Assembly (NCBI GenBank): GCA_034422075.1
Contig: DAOUJX010000006.1
Location: 462-64,461 of the forward strand
Reading direction: 5' to 3'
Source of the DNA: Dehalococcoidia bacterium
GTDB lineage: Bacteria > Chloroflexota > Dehalococcoidia > Lucifugimonadales > Australimonadaceae
Length of the DNA: 64,000 nt
Below, piece after piece: positions 46,807 through 56,768 of the stretch; position 1 is the stretch's first letter, and every line of letters begins with the position of its first letter. Under the pieces are notes generated by a model. That model was not told the origin of the DNA. It did not search any database and was given only the letters and a program-made list of their open reading frames with translations. Made by a program: the position numbers and the translations under genes.

Positions 46807-46961
46807 TCAAAGCCGTCCCACGCGACCGCTCTCGGCTTCGTCCACGTACTCGCGGGCCACCGAGTAGTGGTTGGACTTCGCGTAGTCCTTGAGCGCCCGC
46901 AACTGCACGGACAAGTCCACGTCCTGCCGGCCGCTTGACACCCTAGCGCATCGGGCCGCAT
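46807..46961 (-). pseudogene. N-terminal remnant of a serine recombinase
   Basis: ARVSSGRQDVDLSVQLRALKDYAKSNHYSVAREYVDEAESGR then TGA; ATG at 46961 is out of frame. Confidence 0.75.
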
Positions 46962-47053
46962 AGGTCAGGGGCTAGGAGTGTAGGCGCCCCTGCTTCTTCG
47001 TCATATCGGCCCACCTGGTTGGCCTGTTTCGCGTGTCAGATTCCAAGCGTTCT

Positions 47054-47482
47054 TTAGGCGGTGACCTCGACCTTGAGGCTGCAGCCCACTGCTCGGAGCG
47101 CCTTTTGGACCTGATTCATGTGGGAACGATGGTCCGGGTTGGCCAGCTTGCGCACGGCTGACTCACTCACACGCAGCCTATCGGCAAGCTCCACCTTGGT
47201 GATGTGCTGCGCTCTCATAGCCGAGTACAGGGCCAGCTTGGCGGCAACGACGGTTGGGACGGGCACCGACACCTGACCGTCAACCGCCTCGCTGGGGGCA
47301 GGGATGTCCCACTTCTCGTGGACGTATCCTGCCAATGCCGTAGCCAGGGCGTCCTCTGCCATATCCAGCGCCTCGGAGCGATCTCTTCCGCCGGCAATGG
47401 CCTCCGGCACATCGGGGAAGGTGGCTACCAGTCCCCCGTCTTCTTCATCGAGGGTCAGTTGACATGGGTATGCGTAGATCAT
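47054..47482 (-). CDS. hicB: HicB antitoxin with C-terminal HTH
   Basis: VATFPDVPEAIAGG..RSEALDMAEDAL...DIPAPS, TKVELADRL. Confidence 0.92.
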   Translation of the reverse strand: MIYAYPCQLTLDEEDGGLVATFPDVPEAIAGGRDRSEALDMAEDALATALAGYVHEKWDIPAPSEAVDGQVSVPVPTVVAAKLALYSAMRAQHITKVELADRLRVSESAVRKLANPDHRSHMNQVQKALRAVGCSLKVEVTA

Positions 47483-47485
47483 GGC

Positions 47486-47692
47486 TCAGAACTCCCTTCG
47501 GTCGATGTTCAACTGACGCAGCATCGCGGCCAGCATGCCCTTCTTCAACTCGCCTCGCTGCACCGTGGTGAAGCGGGAACCGACATAGACTCTGCCGTGA
47601 CTGCCCTTGCCGAGAGCCGGGTCGAACCGAAAAGACTGTCCTGTACGGCGAGCATACTCCCTGGCTCGACTGATGAACTCACGGCTGGTCAT
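47486..47692 (-). CDS. hicA: HicA mRNA interferase toxin
   Basis: 68 aa, GKGSHG catalytic His motif, ELKKGMLAAMLRQL; directly upstream of hicB. Confidence 0.88.
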   Translation of the reverse strand: MTSREFISRAREYARRTGQSFRFDPALGKGSHGRVYVGSRFTTVQRGELKKGMLAAMLRQLNIDRREF

Positions 47693-47785
47693 AGTCTCAT
47701 TATCGCACCTTTATATGCGACCCGAAAGTGGAGATACTACGGTTCAATCAGCGAATCCCACATATCCGCAGAGTGGGGTTGCCGG

Positions 47786-50644
47786 TCACTTGGATCTGTG
47801 CTCGCGTTCCACTGGAATGTCCTTGGTGTACCGGCACGGTGGGTTGGCAAAGTACTCGGTGCAGCCCCAGAAGGGGCCATGCGTACCATCTATCACCCGT
47901 AGGACGCCCAAGCCGCAACGAGGACAGACGATGGGAGGACGACGACAAGCTTGATTGGTACATGAGGCTACTCGCCCTCCGACCAGTGCGTAGCCGACAT
48001 TGCAGTTCGGGCAGCGGGGCGCACGGTGATCACATCTATAGTTGGAGCAAATGAGATGCCTTGGGTTCTGTGATGGGTCGGGGTGCAAGCGACCCTTGAA
48101 ACAGCGGGGGCACTCCGGCGCAAGCTCCCCGATCTGGCGCAACTCGTCGGACTCCTTCAGCAACTCCGTCACAAACGTGGATGGGCGCACCGGATCCGTC
48201 ACCAGGTAGGCACCGATTCGTGCCCGGGTCATCGCCACGTAGAGGAGACGGCGCTCTTCCGCGAACGGGTACGCTCCCCCGGAAACCGGGGGCAACACGA
48301 GGTCCAGCAGTGGATCGTCCTCTACCTTGGAGGGAAAACCCCAACGACCGTCGTTGAGGTCGAGCACGATCACGTAGTCCGCCTCACGGCCCTTCGCCCC
48401 ATGGACGGTGCTGAACTCCACTTTTGGCGACGCTCCCTGTGGTGACCTGGGAAGCTCGTCCCAGCGTTGACGGTAGCGGCCAAGCACCAAGACGGCCTGC
48501 TGGCCTCGTGCCTTTGCCTTGATGTCCGACAAAGCCTGCGCCACCCCGCCTGCCGAATCGGGGTCGACGACGACGGCGATGCCCTCATCTTCGGCTTCGC
48601 TCGCGGGCAGTAACGGTCGCTGGGTCTGCTCCGGGTTCCGCTTCACGAACGCAGTTGAAGGGCCGAGAATCCCTTCGGCGAACCGGAAGGTCTGGCTCAA
48701 TGCCCGCAGCTCCACGTGGCCAAGCAGATTGCCGCAATCACGCAGGAGAGCAACGTCGCTCCCCGCGAATCTGTAAATCGACTGCCAGTCGTCTCCAACC
48801 AGGAAGTAGGCGATGTCCTGACCCTTCAGGGCTTGCAGTAGGGCCATCCGCCCCGCGGATATGTCTTGGAACTCGTCGACCAACACATATCGGTACTTGA
48901 GCTTCCACCGGCCCTCGCGGATGTGCCCAACGGCGAGGTTGATGAGGTCATGGAAGTCCAGTTCATCCTCATCCGCGAGCAGCTTTTGATAGCGGGTACG
49001 CACCTGCTCAAAGACATCCAGGAACCTCTGGTTGCGCCAATGGTCTCCGGTCTGTACGGCGCGTGTGCGCAGCGTGGCGAGGGATAGGCTGGCACCCTTG
49101 ACGTGATCCAAGAATTTCGCCAGCAGTTCTGTTAGCCATGACACCCGCTCGCTCCCCAGTCGTTTGACCAGCGTCTGAGCAGGCACGCGCTCGAATGCGA
49201 CGCCTTCATCCTCAAGCTGAGCACGCAACTCCGAGAAGAGGCGCCCTTGTGAGTGTTGCCAACTGTACGTCTCTATCAACCTTGAGCCAAATTGCTTATG
49301 AATGCCCCTCTTCCACCAGACGCCTTCGAGGTATCCACCCCAACCCGCCGGAGGCAACCCCATCTCGTCCAGCGCGAAGTGCTCGATGTAGATGCCGTAG
49401 GCGGACAGGAAGAAGTCCGGCTGGTACTGGCGGCGTTCCCGCGTCGCGGTCTTGTACTCGTATCGTCTCTCGTACTCGAACTCGATGCCGTACTCCGTGA
49501 GATAGTTGGCAATGGCCAACTCCTCGAAGCTCTTCACGAGGTCTCCGCTCAGCGTCCGCAGCTCGACGTTCCGGACGTACTGTTCGTACTCGTCAGGCGT
49601 TGCAAAGTCGAAGACCGATCGGTACGGAGCATGGTGATAGGCGATGAAGTCGATCACGGCCTTCGACTGCTCTGGGTCGTTGAGGAGCTCTTCGATAATG
49701 GTGGCGAAGGCACGCCTAGACACCATTTCGTCCGTCGCGAACTTGGAAATGCTGGGGGCGACCTCGGACTGGGCTATGACGCGGCGCCCGAAACTGTGGA
49801 AGGTGTGGACGTGCGCCGCCGAGAGGTCCCCTTTGAGCCGTCCTCTTATCTCGGCGACTGCTTTGCGGTTGAACGCCAGGACCAGCACTTCGTCGGGGGA
49901 GACGCCCTGGTTGCGAACGAGGTGGGCGACTCTCCCGACGATGACCGAGGTTTTGCCCGTTCCCGCACCCGCCAGTACGAGGGTCACGTCCTCGTCAGTG
50001 GCGACAGCTTCGGCCTGTTCGTTCGTTAGGGGGTTCTGCAGCGTCTCTAGCGCGACTGTTTGCACAACAGGGGCGCTCTTCGAAGTGAAGAGGCTGTTCG
50101 CACGCCTCCTCGCTTTCTCAAACTCCTCGACTGGTTCCAGAGCTGCAAGTCGCCCGGCCGCCTCTGCCGCTTCTTGGTCAAGTCGCCCTCGGATAAGCCC
50201 TCTGCACTCCTGCAGCACCGGCGCGAGTGCCTCGTGAAGCCTTTTGGAGTCGCTATACCGGGCGTAGCGGTCACCGGCGAAGTGTCGGCGCAGTCGTTCG
50301 TCAAGCTGCTTCAGCCGAGGGCTCAGCGCCTTGGCGACTCGGCCTGCTCTCTCAATCGCCCCATCCCTGACCCATGCTGCTCCCTTCGCGTCAAGGCCTC
50401 CGACTGAGTGCTCTGTTCCGTCCCCGAGGCGAATGGTCAACCGGTGCCAGAACCACGAGGGTCGAACCGTGATCGAGTCGATGGCTCCTACAGAAACCGT
50501 ACGGGTCCCACCACCTGAGATTCCATCGAAGTGAAGAGTATCCCTGATCAGCGATACCCGCGTTGGCCCAGCAGCGAACAGACGATGGAGACGGGCGCTC
50601 TCGGCGGTAATGTGCTTATGGGGTTCGATGCCTACTTCAGCCAT
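47786..50644 (-). CDS. UvrD-family (helicase IV-like) helicase with inserted PD-(D/E)xK-like segment and C-terminal Zn ribbons
   Basis: AGAGTGKT, VDEFQD, VGDDWQSIYRFAG, TFRF, TVHGAKGREAD, EERRLLYVAMTRAR; YQPDFFL..IYIEHF insert; several CxxC at C terminus. Confidence 0.9.
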   Translation of the reverse strand: MAEVGIEPHKHITAESARLHRLFAAGPTRVSLIRDTLHFDGISGGGTRTVSVGAIDSITVRPSWFWHRLTIRLGDGTEHSVGGLDAKGAAWVRDGAIERAGRVAKALSPRLKQLDERLRRHFAGDRYARYSDSKRLHEALAPVLQECRGLIRGRLDQEAAEAAGRLAALEPVEEFEKARRRANSLFTSKSAPVVQTVALETLQNPLTNEQAEAVATDEDVTLVLAGAGTGKTSVIVGRVAHLVRNQGVSPDEVLVLAFNRKAVAEIRGRLKGDLSAAHVHTFHSFGRRVIAQSEVAPSISKFATDEMVSRRAFATIIEELLNDPEQSKAVIDFIAYHHAPYRSVFDFATPDEYEQYVRNVELRTLSGDLVKSFEELAIANYLTEYGIEFEYERRYEYKTATRERRQYQPDFFLSAYGIYIEHFALDEMGLPPAGWGGYLEGVWWKRGIHKQFGSRLIETYSWQHSQGRLFSELRAQLEDEGVAFERVPAQTLVKRLGSERVSWLTELLAKFLDHVKGASLSLATLRTRAVQTGDHWRNQRFLDVFEQVRTRYQKLLADEDELDFHDLINLAVGHIREGRWKLKYRYVLVDEFQDISAGRMALLQALKGQDIAYFLVGDDWQSIYRFAGSDVALLRDCGNLLGHVELRALSQTFRFAEGILGPSTAFVKRNPEQTQRPLLPASEAEDEGIAVVVDPDSAGGVAQALSDIKAKARGQQAVLVLGRYRQRWDELPRSPQGASPKVEFSTVHGAKGREADYVIVLDLNDGRWGFPSKVEDDPLLDLVLPPVSGGAYPFAEERRLLYVAMTRARIGAYLVTDPVRPSTFVTELLKESDELRQIGELAPECPRCFKGRLHPDPSQNPRHLICSNYRCDHRAPRCPNCNVGYALVGGRVASCTNQACRRPPIVCPRCGLGVLRVIDGTHGPFWGCTEYFANPPCRYTKDIPVEREHRSK

Positions 50645-50705
50645 ACGCTTATCGCCTAGAGTTCGGGGGGCCAGCTCTTAACTGCAACACCGTGCCCGCC
50701 AACTC

Positions 50706-51158
50706 TTACACGAACAGCCTCCACGTGAGCAGGCCGACGACCACCAGCAGCACGAGGATCACCACGCGGGCGATGTTGAACAGTTGGTTGGTCACCTTGT
50801 GCTCGTCAATCTCCTTCTCGTGCGCCCACTCGAGCTCAAGAAGGGCCCGCCGGCCGGCTGAGGCGGCCTCCTTGGCCTCATCCCGTTCCTGCTCCAACTC
50901 GGACGCTCTGTGCTCCGCCTCGGACAGCTTCCGCTCCAACTCCCGCACGGTCCGCTCAAGCTCGTCCTGCCTGACGATTGCCCGGTCCAGCAGCTCCTCG
51001 TCGGTGATGTAATTCCCCACCATGCGCACGTAGACCCGACGCCCCTCCCTACGGACCTCGACCTCTCCCGTCCTGATCTTCCGGTCGAGGGTGGACAGGG
51101 AGACCTCCAGTTCCTCCGCTGCATCCGCTTTTGTCACCCACCGGACGCGTTCATTCAT
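50706..51158 (-). CDS. Excisionase/MerR-like HTH + coiled coil + C-terminal TM helix
   Basis: WVTKADAAEELEVSLSTLDRKIRTG, heptad-rich middle, VVILVLLVVVGLLTWRLFV tail; start ATG 51158 preferred. Confidence 0.75.
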   Translation of the reverse strand: MNERVRWVTKADAAEELEVSLSTLDRKIRTGEVEVRREGRRVYVRMVGNYITDEELLDRAIVRQDELERTVRELERKLSEAEHRASELEQERDEAKEAASAGRRALLELEWAHEKEIDEHKVTNQLFNIARVVILVLLVVVGLLTWRLFV

Positions 51159-51179
51159 AGCTATTCCCTCTCCTACCGG

Positions 51180-51297
51180 CTGACACGTCAGGGTTGCAAA
51201 AGTGCGATCGAGATCTTCCCCAGAGCCGCCATTCAGTTTAGTCCAGGTTCGCATTTTGGAGCCTGACACGTCGCAACGTGTCAGGGTGATACGTCAG
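51180..51297. repeat. TGACACGT motif array with 10-bp inverted repeat
   Basis: TGACACGTCAG 51181-51191; cctgacacgt-cgca-acgtgtcagg 51262-51285; TGATACGTCAG 51287-51297. Confidence 0.7.
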
Positions 51298-51438
51298 CCC
51301 CGTTTCATGGCCGATCAGGGGCAAATCGGCATCACCGCGGCGGCGCCTAACCCCGAAAAAGCGCAACTTGCAGCCCCCAGACGCCCTTTGGGGCAGATGG
51401 CGATGTGTCATCGCCATCGACGTGTCACTTCATGCCTC

Positions 51439-53166
51439 CTACAGGACAGCCGCCCCCTCTATAGGACTGGATTCCATCCGGTGGAAGAGCGAGTCCCACC
51501 GGTAGGCCCGCAGGCCGGACAGCGCCAGGCGGGGAGACTCCGGTTCCCACAACGGCCGCCACGACCTTCGAAGTATCCCCGTGCGGTCCAGCACGGGGAT
51601 ACTCGATACCAGGATGGGCAGCGACATCCGGTTCATCCGGTCGACGGTGCGCACGTAGGTGTCCTCCACCTCCTCGGTACCCACCACGAACAGCGTGACG
51701 GGGAACGGCGGCTGGTCCTCGCCCGGTTCGTTCGACCAGTAGTAGCTTCTGTAGGGAAGCAGGCGGGCGATAACCCCCTGCGGATGCCGGGCGCGCAACT
51801 CATGCTCGAGGTAGAACGGTATCCCAAGTCCATCGGCGGTCATCTGACCCACGGCGTCGGGGGCGATGGCGGAGCGGCCCCAGTTGTAGGCCCGGTCGGA
51901 ACGGGCGGTGGGAACGGACCACTCCAGTGCAGAACGCGGGGCGTCTCTGGTCTCTGCCTTAAGCTGCGAGAGGAACCAAGTGATGCCGTCGGCGTGCTTC
52001 GTCTGCCGCGCCCACGTCTCGATCCGGTGGCCCACGTGACGGCGACGGCCCTGTCTGTCGGTGGTGAGGGCTGTGCTCCAGGCACCCCGCGTGGTCGGCA
52101 GCTCGGCGCGGTCCCGGTGCGTGACGTAGCGGATGCCCTCGTTGGACAGCGTGTAGCGGCTGTCCCCGCGTTTGCCCCGGCGCTCGATGAGGCCCCAGGT
52201 CTTCACAAGGCCGTGCAGAATCTGGCTGATTCTTCCTTTGGAAACACCAAGCCATAGAGCCAGGTGCTCGCGGGGGATCATCGGGTAGTCGGTGATGAGG
52301 TCCAGCGTGCGCTTCTCCGAAGGCGTGAGGCCGAAGGCCGGCGAGGCCTGCATCATCCGCTCGGGCCGGGGTAGGGAGGCGCGTTTGCGCTCTGGCGATG
52401 CCGCTCGACTTCCTCCGCCCCCGCTACGGCTCGCCTCGGCGATGACGCCCTCCAATGTGCGGTACCGCCCACCAATCAGGAACCAGGTACTCAGCCAGAC
52501 GTGGCCGCCTCGTCTCTCCAGCGCCTCCCGCGACTCCACGGCGACGAAGCAGCCCCGGAGGTCCCGCTGCTCGCAGAACTGCGCCGTCAACCGCTGCTCC
52601 CAGACGCTGGGAACGAGGACCAGGACCATGCCTGGGCGGCGCCGGTAGTCGTACTCCGCTATGGCCCTCAGCCGGTCGTAGAGCGACCTTCGGCGCAGGG
52701 CCAGACCCTGACGCACTACGCCGAAGCTGTCGCCGTCGTGCAGGGTGATGGTGGCGTCGAAGCGGCCACGGCGATGGAACTCCACGCGAGTGCGCAGCCG
52801 CCCGTCACCGCCGGGGGAAAGTGATGAGGCCAGGCGATAGACGGAAGCCGCGGCGTCCATCCGGCGTAACAGCAGCGTCAGCCACTCCCTCGACATCGGG
52901 TAGGCCCGCACGAAGTCCGAGGGCGTGTCGAAGCCCAGGACCTCAGCGGCCTGCCTGATGCCCTTCGCCGTCAGGCAGTATCGACCGCTCGGCGGCAGGT
53001 GGGCGGTGCCGTGGATGACACGCTCGACTACGCCGACATCCAGCAGGCCGGTCAGGTGGCGGTGGACGGTCGAGTGCGGCTCGCCGAGGATGAGCGCCAG
53101 CTCCGTCGATTCGACGAACGGCATCCGGCTGAGGAAATGAAGCAACTGTCGGTCGGTGAGGCGCAT
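51439..53166 (-). CDS. Replication-relaxation family protein, tandem duplicated domain
   Basis: Two wHTH-led halves (LLHFLSRMPFV...YCLTAKG; TLDLITDYPMI...YTLSNEG); second half has HADGITWF, IAPDAVG, FYLEHE. Confidence 0.72.
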   Translation of the reverse strand: MRLTDRQLLHFLSRMPFVESTELALILGEPHSTVHRHLTGLLDVGVVERVIHGTAHLPPSGRYCLTAKGIRQAAEVLGFDTPSDFVRAYPMSREWLTLLLRRMDAAASVYRLASSLSPGGDGRLRTRVEFHRRGRFDATITLHDGDSFGVVRQGLALRRRSLYDRLRAIAEYDYRRRPGMVLVLVPSVWEQRLTAQFCEQRDLRGCFVAVESREALERRGGHVWLSTWFLIGGRYRTLEGVIAEASRSGGGGSRAASPERKRASLPRPERMMQASPAFGLTPSEKRTLDLITDYPMIPREHLALWLGVSKGRISQILHGLVKTWGLIERRGKRGDSRYTLSNEGIRYVTHRDRAELPTTRGAWSTALTTDRQGRRRHVGHRIETWARQTKHADGITWFLSQLKAETRDAPRSALEWSVPTARSDRAYNWGRSAIAPDAVGQMTADGLGIPFYLEHELRARHPQGVIARLLPYRSYYWSNEPGEDQPPFPVTLFVVGTEEVEDTYVRTVDRMNRMSLPILVSSIPVLDRTGILRRSWRPLWEPESPRLALSGLRAYRWDSLFHRMESSPIEGAAVL

Positions 53167-53384
53167 AATCGGGTCCTAGTACCACGCTGCTCTGTATTCG
53201 GGCACTCGCTTTGGGCGGTAGTTGCCTAACTAGCCAATTGTCGTCAGGCAAGACGTCGCATGTAATGTCTCGCAAACCATTGTGCCGAAGGCAATTCTGT
53301 GCCAAATGCGAAGGGTAGTTGCCCATTAGCAGACATGCACCATGAGCCCTGCCAGTGGTTGAAGGGGAGCACCGGGTCGATGGT

Positions 53385-53684
53385 CTACCTCGCTATGTCG
53401 TGCTGTCTCCAGTCGGGCACGTGCGCCGTCATGAGCGCCTTGAAGAGTTTCCCGTGGTTTGGAACTCGCAGGTGTAGTAACTCGTGTGCGATTACAAAGT
53501 TCTGGAATTCAACATCTTGATTGCCCAGATCGGCCGCGAGAGTGATCGTTCCAGCCGTCGAGCAGGAGCCCCACTTGCGGTTCATGCCCTGGACTCGCAC
53601 GCGCGGTGCGGGTACGTGGAGGCGCTCCGCCCAATGCTCTACCCGTTGCCGCAGTGCCTCCGAACTGTCGTCACGCCTCGGCAT
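53385..53684 (-). CDS. YgjP/DUF45-like Zn metallopeptidase (short form)
   Basis: [21 protein letters not shown] (HExxH); usual position after hsdR. Confidence 0.88.
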   Translation of the reverse strand: MPRRDDSSEALRQRVEHWAERLHVPAPRVRVQGMNRKWGSCSTAGTITLAADLGNQDVEFQNFVIAHELLHLRVPNHGKLFKALMTAHVPDWRQHDIAR

Positions 53685-56664
53685 CGGCGCCCCCGCCCAG
53701 TAGTATCTCTAGGGTCTGTTCCACGATCCGGCCCCGCTCACGGCTCTCCACCTTCAATAGCGGGTTGTACAGCGAAGTCCTGAGCCGTCGGTGCTCGTCG
53801 GCGTTCACGGCGGCGTTGGGAAAGCGTTCCGCAAGCGCCTGCGCCTCTTCTGCGAACCCTATTGCGCCCACACCAGCGGCTTGGAGGGCAACGTCGTCCT
53901 TCAGCGTCCAGTACACCCCGAACGCTCTTGAAGGAAGTGTGCTGTCTCTCGCGGCGGCGGCGGCGGCTTCCTTGTCTTTGGCAAGAGCCTCAAGCATGTC
54001 CAATGCCGCGAGTCCAGTTGTCGTGCGCTCTTCAAGGTCCTTAAGCACGGACTCTGCGCGTTCCTTGAGAGGCCGCAGCACGGATTCTAGCCCCGGCTCG
54101 CTCTCTACCTCCGCTTGGAGGCCGCGCACCAGGTTGAATACCTTGGCCTCATCGGAACCGGACTCCTTCCGCATAGCAGCGAGGGTGCGAAGGTCGAAGG
54201 TCACGGATTTGGTCAGGTTGCCCAAGCCATGCATCGCTGCCGACTCTTCCACAAGCCTACGGGTCTTGTGAGCCAGATCCGCCACAAAGTCGGGGCGGTC
54301 GGCGTAGGCGTTGCGGACTACAGCGTAGAGCTGGGTGAGGCGCCTGAAAGTGTCGATGTGGTTGCGCAGCTCAGCCGATGGCGAGAGTATCTCCCAGAGC
54401 GCCTCTATCTCCTTGTAGGCTGAGAAGAGCTTCTTGCGAGCGTTGGGATCGAGGAAGCGCGTGTACACAATCTGCTCCAAGCGTGGGTCTGCGCTTCCTT
54501 CAGCGATGGCATGGGTTGCCTGCGCCCCGGCTACTTGGTCGCCATCCTCGCTGCCGAGATAGGTCGCCTTTGCTTCGGCGATCTTGTCCTGGAAGTCATG
54601 CATCAGCAGGTCAAGGCCCTCGATCACTCCGCTCACGTCGGAGGAATCGAACTGCAGCGCCTTTCTCAGCTCGCGCAGCACGCCCACGAAGTCCACGACA
54701 AGTCCGATGGGCTTGCTGTGACCTTCTCCGTCCACATACGGTCGGTTTACGCGTGCGACGGCTTGAAGCAGTACGTGGTCGCGCATCGGCTTATCCAAGT
54801 ACATGCAGTACAGCAGCGGCGCGTCGAAGCCGGTCAGCAGCTTATCAGTGACGATGAGTAGCTTCGGATCATCGTTCGCCTTCTTGAACATCAGGCGAAC
54901 GTCCTTCTCCCGCTCCTCCGAAAGCTGAAGTCTGGCAACCAGCGGCCGTTCCACAACATCATTGGCGTTCTCCGAGTACACCGGCTCGCTCCACTCGGGC
55001 GGAAGCAGCTTATCTAGTGCCTGCTTGTACTTTGCGCAGGCTTCCCGGTTTACTCCTACCAGGAACGCCTTGTAGCCCATCGGCAAGACGTTCTCCTGGA
55101 AGTGCTGCGCTACGAATGCTGCCACCTTCTCTATCCGGTCGTCGGCGGTGAGGAAAGTGCGCAAGCCTACGGCCCGGTCCAGCACGCGGTTGAGTTCGTC
55201 GATGTCGGTGACGCCTTCCATCTCGGCTAGGGCGAAGAACTCCCGGTCGAGCTGGGCCGCGGGCACAGTCATCTCGCTGGGCGCCATCATGTGCCGGATG
55301 GGGAGGGTAGTCTCGTCCTTGATGGACTCGGCTATCGAATACTTGTCCAGGTAGCCTTGCTCGTCGTCGGCGCCGAAAACCTTGAAGGTGCCCTCCCCGT
55401 GCTCCGTTCGTGCTATCGGCGTACCCGTGAAGCCGACAATGGTCGAGTTGGGCAGCGCGGCCATGAGGTATGTGCCAAGTTCCCTAGCCACGGAGCGGTG
55501 GGCCTCGTCGATGAACACGTAGATGTTGTCGCGGGAGTTGGCGTCCTTCTCGATGCCCTCGAATTTGTGAATCATCGAGATGATCAGTCCTCTCCTATCG
55601 GTAGCGAGCAACTCTCGCAGCGCTTCCTTCGAGCCGGCGCGCCAGATGGCGATGTCCTGCTGCTGCATCTCGCCCAGCAGCCGCTCGACCCAGCCCGCAA
55701 GCTGACCTTCCAGCTCCGTACGGTCCACCACGACCACCACCGTCGGGTTGCGGTACTCCTCCTTGGCCTCTAGAACCAGCCGGGCGGCGGTGAGCAGGGT
55801 GAAGGTTTTGCCTGCTCCCTGCGTGTGCCAGACGAGGCCCCGGCGCTTCACTGGCTCGGCGCAACGCTCGACGATGCGATCCACGGCCCGGCGTTGGTGC
55901 TGCCTTAGCACGGTCTTCCGCATCTCGCCGTCCTCCACGTAGAAGAGGACCCAATCCCTTAGTGTGCGCAGGAAGTCTGTCGGCTCGAAGAAGGACTGGA
56001 CGGCGAAGCGGTAGCTCTCTTCCTGGGTCTCCTTCCACCGGGCCATGAAGCGGCGCGACAGGTTCCAGGTGGCGCCGTACCAGTAGTCGAGCAGGTGTGT
56101 CACGTTGAAGAGCTGTGCCGCGCCCATCAGCTCGGGCGTCTCGACCTCGTAGCGGCGCAGCTGTGTGACGCCCCGCTCGATGGCGTCGGCGTCCGTCGGG
56201 TTCTTGTGCTCGACGATGGCGACCGGTACGCCGTTGACCACGAACATAACGTCGGCGCGGTTGCCCTTGCGGGCCGGCGGCTTGAGCCGCCACTCCCAGG
56301 TCACGTGCAGGACGTTAGTCGACACATCGTCGAAGTCGACCAGTCTGACCTGTCGGTGCCGCTCTTCGGCCTCGTCATACCACTGCCGCTCGCCTCGCAG
56401 CCAGGCCAGCATCTGGCGGTTGCCTTCAATGGTCGGCGGAAGCGCTTGGAGGTTCTCGACCACTGAGCGGATGACGTTGTCCGTCATCCAGGGGTTGAAT
56501 CGGCGGAGTGCCTCCTCGACCTCGCCGCGAAACAGCAGTCCGGCTTCGCCCCCTCGCATAGCTAGGGCATTCTTGGGGGAAAGCGGCGTCCAGCCGACCT
56601 CCGCCGCGTGGCGGATCATCGGGAACTGGACACTGCCTGCTTCGGTTACGTTGAGTTCAGTCAT
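53671..56664 (-). CDS. hsdR: Type I restriction endonuclease subunit R
   Basis: [18 protein letters not shown] nuclease motif, [35 protein letters not shown]. Confidence 0.96.
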   Translation of the reverse strand: MTELNVTEAGSVQFPMIRHAAEVGWTPLSPKNALAMRGGEAGLLFRGEVEEALRRFNPWMTDNVIRSVVENLQALPPTIEGNRQMLAWLRGERQWYDEAEERHRQVRLVDFDDVSTNVLHVTWEWRLKPPARKGNRADVMFVVNGVPVAIVEHKNPTDADAIERGVTQLRRYEVETPELMGAAQLFNVTHLLDYWYGATWNLSRRFMARWKETQEESYRFAVQSFFEPTDFLRTLRDWVLFYVEDGEMRKTVLRQHQRRAVDRIVERCAEPVKRRGLVWHTQGAGKTFTLLTAARLVLEAKEEYRNPTVVVVVDRTELEGQLAGWVERLLGEMQQQDIAIWRAGSKEALRELLATDRRGLIISMIHKFEGIEKDANSRDNIYVFIDEAHRSVARELGTYLMAALPNSTIVGFTGTPIARTEHGEGTFKVFGADDEQGYLDKYSIAESIKDETTLPIRHMMAPSEMTVPAAQLDREFFALAEMEGVTDIDELNRVLDRAVGLRTFLTADDRIEKVAAFVAQHFQENVLPMGYKAFLVGVNREACAKYKQALDKLLPPEWSEPVYSENANDVVERPLVARLQLSEEREKDVRLMFKKANDDPKLLIVTDKLLTGFDAPLLYCMYLDKPMRDHVLLQAVARVNRPYVDGEGHSKPIGLVVDFVGVLRELRKALQFDSSDVSGVIEGLDLLMHDFQDKIAEAKATYLGSEDGDQVAGAQATHAIAEGSADPRLEQIVYTRFLDPNARKKLFSAYKEIEALWEILSPSAELRNHIDTFRRLTQLYAVVRNAYADRPDFVADLAHKTRRLVEESAAMHGLGNLTKSVTFDLRTLAAMRKESGSDEAKVFNLVRGLQAEVESEPGLESVLRPLKERAESVLKDLEERTTTGLAALDMLEALAKDKEAAAAAARDSTLPSRAFGVYWTLKDDVALQAAGVGAIGFAEEAQALAERFPNAAVNADEHRRLRTSLYNPLLKVESRERGRIVEQTLEILLGGGADAEA

Positions 56665-56768
56665 AGCTTGCTCTTGACACCCTGGGAGTGGGGCCCGTCC
56701 GATAACGCCCCCATCGTGCCCCTATCTCGCCCCCAGTAATGCTGCTTGATGACGCCTATATCTCGCTC

